IMG/VR virus record: IMGVR_UViG_3300016476_000656
Span: 1-28,965 of that record
Strand: one strand, 5' to 3'
Source of the DNA: a virus
Lineage: Duplodnaviria; Caudoviricetes
DNA: 28,965 nucleotides
A model generated the notes under the pieces. The model searched no databases. It saw only the letters and a list, made by a program, of their open reading frames with translations, and was not told where the DNA came from. The translations under genes and the position numbers were made by a program. This document shows, piece by piece, positions 8,654-15,951 of the stretch (position 1 is its first letter; each line of letters begins with the position of its first letter).

Positions 8654-8853
8654 GCGAGAACCTCGAAGCCGAGAACGCCCGCCTCAAGGCAGAGGTCGAG
8701 CGGCTGACGAATTGTAAGTCTGAAGCCGACCGATTGAAGGCCGAGGTCGAGCGTCTCAAGCAGGAAAAGAACGAATTGGCGGTGATGATTCATCCCGTTG
8801 CGTTGAAAGCATGGATGAACTTGAACGCCGCCAAGGAGGGCAAGCATCCGTGA
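8650..8853 (+). CDS. Hypothetical coiled-coil protein
   Basis: ATGA-coupled; LKAEVERL occurs twice. Confidence 0.7.
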   Translation: MSENLEAENARLKAEVERLTNCKSEADRLKAEVERLKQEKNELAVMIHPVALKAWMNLNAAKEGKHP

Positions 8854-8999
8854 GCCAGAAGCGTCGCCCCGAGCGCATGAAGCCCGGCCTGAAGCAACTC
8901 ACCCCTGCCGAGCGCAAGGTCTACGAGGAACGTCTCGCGGATCATAAAAAGCGCTGGGAGAACCTCTTCGCCCTCAACCGCTGGAAGCCGTCTAAATGA
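8850..8999 (+). CDS. Small basic hypothetical protein
   Basis: GTGA and ATGA overlaps with its neighbours. Confidence 0.6.
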   Translation: MSQKRRPERMKPGLKQLTPAERKVYEERLADHKKRWENLFALNRWKPSK

Positions 9000-9343
9000 C
9001 CACCCCCTACAATCCCCGCACGCCCATCAACGAGCTGCACGACATGATCGACAAGCACGTACCGCAGGCCGAGGCTAAGTTGCAGGCGTTCTACGACAAG
9101 GCCCACGAGACCAGGGCTCTGCTTAAGCGTCTCGGTTGCTGGCCTGCCCCTCGCCCTACTCCACAGCCGCCCAGGCGCAAGGAGACCGGGCGGGGCATGA
9201 TGTCCACGATCGCGAAGATGGCCTACGAGTGGGCGCTCGCGAACGGCAAGACGACCAACGAGGCCGCCGAGGAGTTCCGCTGCACTCCCGACTCCATCCA
9301 CTCCTACCGCCAATACCGCAAACTACCCAAACTGAAACGATGA
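8996..9343 (+). CDS. Hypothetical protein with C-terminal HTH-like motif
   Basis: TTNEAAEEFRCTPDSIHSYR; ATGA-coupled. Confidence 0.65.
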   Translation: MTTPYNPRTPINELHDMIDKHVPQAEAKLQAFYDKAHETRALLKRLGCWPAPRPTPQPPRRKETGRGMMSTIAKMAYEWALANGKTTNEAAEEFRCTPDSIHSYRQYRKLPKLKR

Positions 9344-9768
9344 AAAGACAGACATACAACAAGGACGGAACGGTCGCCAGTTGGACTGATACGACCACCA
9401 CCTACTACCCTCACTGGACGATGGATACCATCCCAGAGGACGCCGCCGTGCCCGAGGCCGTCAACCGCGTGACCGTCGATAACACCGACCTGCCCGGCTC
9501 CGACTGCGAGCGCGACATCAAGCCCCTGCCGTTCTTCTGGTGGCTCAACCCCTGGAAGCACCTCGAGCTGGTGTTCGATGCTTACAGGGACACGACCGAA
9601 GTCTGCAACGCTTGGCGCAGGGCTTACCACCTGCAGTCCGCAGAGGCAGAGCGTCAGCGCCAGCAGGTCTACGACCTGAAGAACGAACTCGACACCATGC
9701 GATCCGAACGCGACGCCGCCAACGATGCCGTCCGCACCCTCCGCAAGAAAGGCAAACGCCGTGGCTGA
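9340..9768 (+). CDS. Hypothetical protein (WWLxPW motif + coiled coil)
   Basis: ATG 9340 overlaps the previous stop; FFWWLNPW followed by heptads. Confidence 0.75.
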   Translation: MKRQTYNKDGTVASWTDTTTTYYPHWTMDTIPEDAAVPEAVNRVTVDNTDLPGSDCERDIKPLPFFWWLNPWKHLELVFDAYRDTTEVCNAWRRAYHLQSAEAERQRQQVYDLKNELDTMRSERDAANDAVRTLRKKGKRRG

Positions 9769-10012
9769 GCTCGAACTCACCGTGCGCCACAAGGGCACCG
9801 AGTACATCGTCCTGCTGGACGTGACCTGGGAGAAGGTGGACGACTCCTTCGACCATGCCTTCGGCACCGAGCACCGCTCCCACTGGGAGGCCGAGGACTA
9901 CGACGTCCAGTCGGTCATCGACGAGGACGGCGACGAGCTCGACGCCGACGAGGTGCCAGGGCTTCACCGATCCATCCGCGACGCCCTCAACGACTATGAC
10001 TACCAACCGTAA
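9761..10012 (+). CDS. Acidic hypothetical protein
   Basis: GTG 9761 overlaps the previous gene; very D/E-rich. Confidence 0.7.
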   Translation: MAELELTVRHKGTEYIVLLDVTWEKVDDSFDHAFGTEHRSHWEAEDYDVQSVIDEDGDELDADEVPGLHRSIRDALNDYDYQP

Positions 10013-10331
10013 GCGCGCCCCCTACGGCGCCGTGAAGGACGCCTGCGCTCAGGCCGACGGCACTGGGGTCACCGCGATGGAGGTCGCCAAGGCCACCGGC
10101 TTCCCGGTCCACTCCATCCGATCCTGCTGCCGAGACTACGGCTTCAGCCTCCGGGCTGTCCGCCGTCCGCAGGGGTCGGTCAAGGAACTGGTGCAGGCCG
10201 CCATAAGCCAGGGGATGACCATCCCGCAGCTGGCCGAGACCTCTGGGATTAACCCCCACACGCTGTACTCCGTCCGCCGCCGCCTCGGCCTAGGGGTCTG
10301 CCTGCCCCGCCAAGCCTCCCTACGCCCATGA
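9996..10331 (+). CDS. Tandem HTH DNA-binding protein
   Basis: Two repeats: TAMEVAKATGFPVHSIRS and TIPQLAETSGINPHTLYS. Confidence 0.7.
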   Translation: MTTNRKRAPYGAVKDACAQADGTGVTAMEVAKATGFPVHSIRSCCRDYGFSLRAVRRPQGSVKELVQAAISQGMTIPQLAETSGINPHTLYSVRRRLGLGVCLPRQASLRP

Positions 10332-10801
10332 CCCTACTCCTTACCCTCACCGCCGGGCTTCTCGCCTCTGAGGCCGTCCCAGAGCCTCTGGTGCAGGCCG
10401 TCGAGCACGTGGAATCCTCCGGCCGTGGGGCGGCTACCCCTGACGGGGACGGCGGCCTAGCCCGTGGCCCCCTGCAGTGGCACTCCGTGGCATGGAAGGA
10501 CTGCTCCGCCGTGCGCCGTAAGGCAGGGCTGGCGGTCTGGCCGTACTCCTCGGCGTCCGACCCTGCCCGGGCAAGGGACTACGCTCGCACCTGGCTGACC
10601 GTCCTCAAGGTCAGGCTCGCCGGGCAGATCGGCAGGCAACCCTTCCCGGGTGAGATATGGCTGGCGTGGAACCTCGGCTGGACGGGCTTCTCGCGGTATG
10701 GCTTCCAGTGGGCGGAGGTGCCTGCGGCCAAGTTCGCGAAGGCAAGGCAGGTGAACACGCTGGCTTGGGGCTTGCCAAAGCGTAAGCCGTCCGCACGTTA
10801 G
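10328..10801 (+). CDS. Lysozyme-superfamily muramidase/transglycosylase with signal peptide
   Basis: Hydrophobic N-terminus, catalytic-type AVEHVESSG, GDGGLARGPLQ and AWNLG motifs. Confidence 0.7.
   Translation: MTLLLTLTAGLLASEAVPEPLVQAVEHVESSGRGAATPDGDGGLARGPLQWHSVAWKDCSAVRRKAGLAVWPYSSASDPARARDYARTWLTVLKVRLAGQIGRQPFPGEIWLAWNLGWTGFSRYGFQWAEVPAAKFAKARQVNTLAWGLPKRKPSAR
10772..10799 (+). promoter_or_regulatory. Putative promoter of the small RNA
   Basis: TTGCCA-16-CACGTT, the same style as the other predicted promoters. Puts +1 at about 10805-10807. Confidence 0.4.
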
Positions 10802-10806
10802 GAGAC

Positions 10807-10884
10807 GAGCCCGGCAAATAACTTGTGCGGGATCGCAAGGGGGCGTCGGGCTCAGGCCACTCGAAAGGGTGGCCTTCTTGTTTA
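10807..10884 (+). ncRNA. Predicted structured antisense small RNA
   Basis: 9-bp closing stem (10807-10815 / 10845-10853), inner hairpin CTTGTG-CGGGAT-CGCAAG, then a terminator. Carries TTGTGCGGGAT, the complement of the early-gene leader box. Confidence 0.6.
10854..10884 (+). terminator. Intrinsic terminator between convergent operons
   Basis: AGGCCACTC-GAAA-GGGTGGCCT followed by TCTTGTTT. Confidence 0.8.
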
Positions 10885-11319
10885 TCGACGGAACCGGCTT
10901 CGCTGGTAGTGGCGGCGGGGCATCGGCACGTTGAACACCTTGAAGGGGATGTCGTCGGCCGTGGCCTGATACTGCAAAGCCCGGGTGGTCATGCCCATGT
11001 CCTTGGCGATGACCGACAGAGGAGCCCAGCCTGCGGGAACCTTCTCCGCCCTGGCTACCTTCTGGGCTTCATGCGCCTGCTTCCAAGTCTTGAACTTGGG
11101 CGACAGGCGAAAGACGACCTTGCCATATTTGATGACTTTACGCTCGGCGAACCCGGCGGCCACCAGCCTGTCGGCGATGTCGCGAGCTCCGCCCATCGTC
11201 GTGTATCCGAGGAGGGGCAACAGTTCCCTGGTATGGAGCCAGCCTTCGTCAAGCTCTGCGGTGCTGGTCAGGGCTGGCTTGTCGGTGACGATGGCCTTGA
11301 GGAAGTCTTGGACGCGCAT
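10882..11319 (-). CDS. Basic putative DNA-binding protein (two HTH/winged-helix-like repeats)
   Basis: ATG 11319 overlaps the upstream stop (TGATG). GWLHTRELLPLLG and GWAPLSVIAKDMGMTTRAL repeats. Confidence 0.6.
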   Translation of the reverse strand: MRVQDFLKAIVTDKPALTSTAELDEGWLHTRELLPLLGYTTMGGARDIADRLVAAGFAERKVIKYGKVVFRLSPKFKTWKQAHEAQKVARAEKVPAGWAPLSVIAKDMGMTTRALQYQATADDIPFKVFNVPMPRRHYQRSRFRR

Positions 11320-12092
11320 CAGATCAGGTCGTAGGCGGTCGAGCAGATGAACTTGCCCTGGAAGCGATGGGCCGTCCAGACCTTGCAGTCGCCGGTGTTC
11401 TCGTCGATGACCCCATGAAGCCAGCCGTTGCACCACTTAGTGGTGGCTAGGCGCCTCAGCGCATAGTCGGCTTTGCTGATGTCCATCAGGCACATCCCCG
11501 ATACGCCGACGATGCTGGCCTCCAGGTGCTCGATGGTGCAGAGGGCGAAGTCGTGGGTGTGCCCATGGATGACCACGTCTCCAGGCCGGCCGAGGGTGCG
11601 TGCCGTCTCGCGGGTGGCGTTGATGCCAGCCCTGAAGCCGTGGCACCCTGTCAGCTTGCCTACGCGGAAGCGGTTGACGTCCGCCTCGGTCTTGCCCTTC
11701 ACGCTGTACCGATGGATCTCCCTGCAGCCGACGGACTCCAAGGCGTCGGCATATGACCGGACGGCGCGCTCGGCGTTCTCACGGCGGTCACCGTTGCGCG
11801 AGAGCATCTGCTCCTCGGCGCGGATGTCATGGTTGCCCTGCAGGTAGATGGTGGGCTTTAGGATTTTCTTGATGAAATAGTTTCCGGCCTTGAGGTCATC
11901 GGCTATGCCTTCCTCTTGGTCTTCTGGAGAAGCCCCACGGCGCCATGCTCCGAAGTCGAAGCAGTCACCTAGGTGGATGCGGAGGGTGGGATTCCACTTG
12001 CCGATGAATGCGCCGAGCGCGTCCTGCGTCTCTTCGCAGACATGGTGGCCGTGGTTGTCTCCGGCGGCGACCCAGCGGATGATATTGCTCAT
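11319..12092 (-). CDS. Calcineurin-like metallophosphoesterase
   Basis: GDNHG, LGDCFD, GNHD, CHG and HGHTH motifs. Start ATG 12092. Confidence 0.88.
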   Translation of the reverse strand: MSNIIRWVAAGDNHGHHVCEETQDALGAFIGKWNPTLRIHLGDCFDFGAWRRGASPEDQEEGIADDLKAGNYFIKKILKPTIYLQGNHDIRAEEQMLSRNGDRRENAERAVRSYADALESVGCREIHRYSVKGKTEADVNRFRVGKLTGCHGFRAGINATRETARTLGRPGDVVIHGHTHDFALCTIEHLEASIVGVSGMCLMDISKADYALRRLATTKWCNGWLHGVIDENTGDCKVWTAHRFQGKFICSTAYDLI

Positions 12093-12709
12093 CGGTAGAC
12101 GCTCAGCTCCTGGGTGAACTGGCGAGCCCACTGGCCGATGCGCTCGACGGACTTGTCGCCGAAGGAGAGCTGCAGGGCGTGGCCGGTGGTGAAGCAACCC
12201 TTGGCCGCCATCTCGGCGATGCTGTAGGCTTCCTGCTCATTCGCGGGAAGGTTGCCGTGGCGCTCGATGTAGATCGGGACGAACGCCCAGCCATGCCTCT
12301 CGGCCTCGGCCTTGAGCTTCTCGTACTCGTTCAGGTAGCGCAGGTCAGGGATGAGGATGACGGAGCCTGTGCTATCGGTCTCGGACAGGGTGTCGTTCAC
12401 CCAGACGCCGATCTCCTTCAGGACCTTCTTCACCCAGACGTCAGGGTCGATGCTCCGGCGGTATTCGCCGTAGGCCACGAGCATGGGGCGGAGCTTGGCC
12501 TTCTCGGCGCTGTCCTCAGTGAAGGCGTTCACCTTCACGCCGACGGAGGCCATGGCTTTCTCCATGTCGGTCTTCAGCGCGTCGGCGAACTTAAGGGTGA
12601 TGACGGAGTAGGACGGCTCGGCCTCTTCGAGGTGGTCGAAGATGGCGTTCGCCAGCGTGTCTTTGCCGCTCCTTGCGAAGCCAGCGATTGGGATCAGGAC
12701 GTGTTTCAT
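12089..12709 (-). CDS. Deoxynucleoside monophosphate kinase (T4 gp1-like)
   Basis: GFARSGKDT P-loop, FADALK, PDLRYLNE. Confidence 0.8.
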   Translation of the reverse strand: MKHVLIPIAGFARSGKDTLANAIFDHLEEAEPSYSVITLKFADALKTDMEKAMASVGVKVNAFTEDSAEKAKLRPMLVAYGEYRRSIDPDVWVKKVLKEIGVWVNDTLSETDSTGSVILIPDLRYLNEYEKLKAEAERHGWAFVPIYIERHGNLPANEQEAYSIAEMAAKGCFTTGHALQLSFGDKSVERIGQWARQFTQELSVYR

Positions 12710-12960
12710 AGGGAAGTCTTTCGGTAGCCTTGCGACCAGAGCAGGTCGGTGATCTTGCGGGAAAGGTTGTCCACCTTGCGCTCGCTGGCCTTCCAGTCAG
12801 CCAGGTGCAGGCCCTCGTGGACGAGCACGCGCAGGTTCTCCTTCGCGCCGACGATGTTCGGGTCTATCTCGATGGTGTTGTCCTTCTTGCAAGCCAGCCC
12901 TGCCGTGTCGCCCGGGAGAGGGCGGACGATGACCTTCGGCACCTTGGGCTTGCGTCCCAT
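12706..12960 (-). CDS. Minimal zincin-like metallopeptidase
   Basis: GLA...IEID...VLVHEGLH...E motif. Confidence 0.7.
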   Translation of the reverse strand: MGRKPKVPKVIVRPLPGDTAGLACKKDNTIEIDPNIVGAKENLRVLVHEGLHLADWKASERKVDNLSRKITDLLWSQGYRKTSL

Positions 12961-12995
12961 GGATAGACGTTCTGGCGGGGCATCTGCGGGTCAGC

Positions 12996-13030
12996 AAACA
13001 ATAAGGCCGACCCCCTTGCGGAGATCGGCC
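12996..13030 (-). terminator. Intrinsic terminator after recT
   Basis: GGCCGATCTCC-GCAA-GGGGGTCGGCC followed by TTATTGTTT on the minus strand. Confidence 0.75.
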
Positions 13031-13053
13031 CGGCACAACGATCCAAGCTGAGC

Positions 13054-13836
13054 CTAAATGTCGATAGGGTCGTCGGCCTTGGGCTCCTGCTGGGGGGCAG
13101 GCTCGGCCTTGGCCTTCTTTACCACGTCCTTGACGGCCTCGGCGGCGGACTGGACAGGCTGGCCGTCCACGGTTCGGCTGCCGAACTCCGCCTGGTTGTC
13201 GTCTTGGATGGCCTGCTGGACCTCACGCGGCAGGCGGGGTAGCCACTTGGCGTGACGCTTGAATACGGTCTTCTTCCACATCTCCAGCGGGTAGGTCGCC
13301 CAAGGGCCGGAAGAGCCTGAGCGGCTGGCCTTACGGATAGCCTCGATCTCAGCCTTGCTCATCTGGCAGGCGGACGTCTCGCCGTCCTTGAAGCGCACGA
13401 TGGAGTAGGCGGCGTAGGGTTCGCCTCGGTCGGAGGCGAGGTCAACGACGTGCTCCTCGACCTTGCCGAGGTTGAATCGGTACTTGTCGTTCTTGCAGAC
13501 CACGTCCGCGTAGACGTGGGCGACTTCGCCGGAGCGCATGATGAGGGCGAGGATGCCCTTGTAGTCGAACTGCAGGGTGGCGTCGTTGCCATAGGGGATG
13601 AGGTGAGCGTGGTGGCCGTCAGGCATCAGACCCCACTGGGCGGCCTGCAGGATGACCGAGGCGACGGAGGCCGGGGTACAGTCCCACAGTTTCGGGTTCT
13701 TGTTGCAGGCGGTGACGACGCAGCGCATGAAGCGGGTCGCGTCCTCGCCCTTGGGGAGGGCTTTGCTGACCTGTTGCTGCAGGCCCTCGGAGCGGACGAG
13801 CTCGGAGGTGTTCTTCGGGATGATGGCGTTGCTCAT
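13054..13836 (-). CDS. recT: RecT-family single-strand annealing protein
   Basis: CTPASV, GLMPD..HAHLIPY, YKGILALIMRSG, SGPW..YPLEMWKKTV..KWLP. Confidence 0.93.
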   Translation of the reverse strand: MSNAIIPKNTSELVRSEGLQQQVSKALPKGEDATRFMRCVVTACNKNPKLWDCTPASVASVILQAAQWGLMPDGHHAHLIPYGNDATLQFDYKGILALIMRSGEVAHVYADVVCKNDKYRFNLGKVEEHVVDLASDRGEPYAAYSIVRFKDGETSACQMSKAEIEAIRKASRSGSSGPWATYPLEMWKKTVFKRHAKWLPRLPREVQQAIQDDNQAEFGSRTVDGQPVQSAAEAVKDVVKKAKAEPAPQQEPKADDPIDI

Positions 13837-13842
13837 GGGAGA

Positions 13843-14631
13843 TTAGGAATTGAACTTGGAGAGGTCGATTTCGATGACGCCCGGGCCGGTCTTCTTAGGC
13901 CAAGCCTTTGGGTCGGTTCCGAACTGATCGCGGTAGGATTTCAGCAGGTCGAGCGCCTTGCGGTAGCGACGACGCCCGGTCTCGATGTCGGCCTCGGTCA
14001 TCACGAACACCTGGACGAAAATCTCTGGGGCGTCCTTGCCCTCGATGGCGATGAAGGCGAAGCCACGGGGACGGCGCTTGGTCACGGCCTCGATGCCGTC
14101 GATGTAGAGCGCGGCCTGTCGGTCATAGCCGAAGTCCCAGACCGAGCGGCGGAAGGCGTAGTGCTCGACGCTGGGGGTGGTCTTCACGTCCACGAGCAGG
14201 CCGTCGTCGCGGTAGCGGTCAGGTCGGCAGCGCATCTGGATGCCGGTGGCCTCGTCCGTCCAGAAGTAGGAGGATTCGTTGACGCCTTCGCCTGAGAGCA
14301 GGGCGTTGGCTTCCTCGTCTTCCTGCACGGCGGTGGCGATGTTCGAGAGTTGGACGAACTCATCGTGGCTCACGATCTCCTTGCCTTCGTTGGCCAGCAG
14401 GAACTCCTCTTCGCGAGCCTTGGCGCCCTTGCCCTTGTCGAGACCCTCGGGCATGACGGCCCAGGTGTCGGCGATGAGCTGAGGCTCGAGGATGATGGTA
14501 TGGACGAGAGAACCCCAGCGGAGGGAAGGGGTCTTCTTGCGGGGCGTGTTCATCAGGCGCGGGGACTCGAGGAAGCGGGAGAGTTTCGAGTTCGAGACCG
14601 CCGGGCTGGCGTGGTATTCTGCGTTGTTCAT
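13843..14631 (-). CDS. RecE/exonuclease VIII-like PD-(D/E)xK exonuclease (DUF3799 type)
   Basis: N..YH, GSLVHTIILEP, RCRPD, DVKTT, YDRQAALY; adjacent to recT. Confidence 0.88.
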   Translation of the reverse strand: MNNAEYHASPAVSNSKLSRFLESPRLMNTPRKKTPSLRWGSLVHTIILEPQLIADTWAVMPEGLDKGKGAKAREEEFLLANEGKEIVSHDEFVQLSNIATAVQEDEEANALLSGEGVNESSYFWTDEATGIQMRCRPDRYRDDGLLVDVKTTPSVEHYAFRRSVWDFGYDRQAALYIDGIEAVTKRRPRGFAFIAIEGKDAPEIFVQVFVMTEADIETGRRRYRKALDLLKSYRDQFGTDPKAWPKKTGPGVIEIDLSKFNS

Positions 14632-14646
14632 GTGCGGGTGGGAAAA

Positions 14647-15531
14647 TCACTTGTCGCCCCGGATGCGGGGGTGGCGGAAGGAGCCTTCGGGCGTCATGTT
14701 CTGGAAGGACACTTCCAGCCAGGAGCCGATGACGGTGTCGCGGTTCTCCCAGATCTCGCGGCGCTGTTCGTCGGTGAAGCCGCCGCCGACTCGGACGAGG
14801 CGCGAGCCGTGCTCGACGACCACGTGGCCCATGGTTCCGGCGAGACGGCCTTTGCCCTCATGGACGGAGACGATGGCGCACTCTTCGGAGTCGACGGCCT
14901 TGACCTTGAGCCAGGCGTTGGAACGCTTGCCCTGCGTGTATGGGGAGGACGTGTCCTTGATCATGGCGCCCTCGAAGCCCTGCGAGACGAAGCGGCGGAA
15001 GGCGTCGTTAGGGGAGAGGTTGTAGAACGAGGGGACGAGGGTGACCTCGGACGGCAGGACGAACTTGGCCATCAGTTCGCGACGAGCGGCGTAGGTGCCG
15101 ACGTCGTCGGGCAGGTCGAGCAGCCAGAGGCGAGCGGAGTCGTCACGATGCTGGGAGCGGATGGCGCCCACGCCGTCGAAGAAGTCGGTGCCGGACACGG
15201 CCTCGCAGTCGAAGGTGAACACGCCGTGCAGGGTGGCCAGAGCGGAGAACACGCCCTCGAAGTGCTGGATGGCAGGGAGCGGGTTGCCGTTGCGGGTCTT
15301 GAACGAGACGGCCAGCGTCTCGCGGCAGACCTCGACGATCACGCGCACGCCGTCAATCTTCGGCTCGCAGGCGAAGGACTCGGGGAGGACGCCCTTGTAG
15401 GGCTTGGCCAGCATGGCCGGGGAGAGGGGAGCCTTGGCTTCGCGGCGAGCGCCCACCTTGAAGCGGGGCTCGGACTCGATCATGTTGAAGATCTGGGCGT
15501 AGAGTTCGGACAGGGGGTCAGGCGAGGTCAT
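14647..15531 (-). CDS. Minimal ATP-dependent DNA ligase
   Basis: Motif I EPKIDGVR, III FDCEA, IV EGAMIK, V WLKVK, OB domain VGGGFTD, and VI RHPRIRGDK. Confidence 0.93.
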   Translation of the reverse strand: MTSPDPLSELYAQIFNMIESEPRFKVGARREAKAPLSPAMLAKPYKGVLPESFACEPKIDGVRVIVEVCRETLAVSFKTRNGNPLPAIQHFEGVFSALATLHGVFTFDCEAVSGTDFFDGVGAIRSQHRDDSARLWLLDLPDDVGTYAARRELMAKFVLPSEVTLVPSFYNLSPNDAFRRFVSQGFEGAMIKDTSSPYTQGKRSNAWLKVKAVDSEECAIVSVHEGKGRLAGTMGHVVVEHGSRLVRVGGGFTDEQRREIWENRDTVIGSWLEVSFQNMTPEGSFRHPRIRGDK

Positions 15532-15550
15532 GGTTGTGCGGGATACGACC

Positions 15551-15578
15551 AGACTGCCCGGGCAGGGGGCGTCGTCAA
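15551..15578 (-). promoter_or_regulatory. Putative promoter of the ligase-RecE-RecT operon
   Basis: TTGACG-16-CAGTCT. Predicted +1 at the A of ATCCCGCACAACCATG. Confidence 0.5.
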
Positions 15579-15592
15579 CGGTAAATCGGCCA

Positions 15593-15619
15593 CCCCCTAG
15601 GAATGCCCTAGGAAGGGGG
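15593..15619 (-). terminator. Possible terminator of the late operon
   Basis: CCCC-CTAGG...CCTAG-GAA-GGGGG imperfect hairpin just after the last lysis-region gene. No clear U-tract. Confidence 0.35.
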
Positions 15620-15621
15620 CT

Positions 15622-15951
15622 TTACCCGCTGGGGGTGTCCTTGCCCCGCCAGAGCCTGAAACCCACCGCCACGGCCACGCCAAGGCATCCAAATGAGAGG
15701 GCTAGGCCGAGGTCACGGACGGACTGCAGGGCTAGGGTGGCCGAGGATAGGTTCCGCTCCAGCCGCTGGGAGTCCGAACGGATGCCCCCATCGGTCACCA
15801 GCATGACCATGGCGTCGGTGTTCTGCAGCTGGTCGAGGACGAAACCAGCCGTCCAGGCTGAGGTGACGGCGGTCAGCCCTGCGAACCCTGTCAGCAGGCA
15901 GACGGCCAGCAGGAGGTTCGAGTCACTTCCTGCGGCGCTTGGCTTTCCCAT
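15622..15951 (-). CDS. Two-transmembrane protein of the lysis cassette
   Basis: ATG 15951; two hydrophobic helices flanking a short coiled coil. Confidence 0.65.
   Translation of the reverse strand: MGKPSAAGSDSNLLLAVCLLTGFAGLTAVTSAWTAGFVLDQLQNTDAMVMLVTDGGIRSDSQRLERNLSSATLALQSVRDLGLALSFGCLGVAVAVGFRLWRGKDTPSG

Noticed and set aside
10611-10838. 75-aa minus-strand ORF as the target of the 10825 box
   Set aside because: Antisense to the muramidase gene, S/P/R-rich, no ATG next to the box, and it lies beyond the terminator hairpin. Not fully excluded.
10807-10884. tRNA or attachment site
   Set aside because: No cloverleaf, T-loop or CCA end; no integrase in the window.
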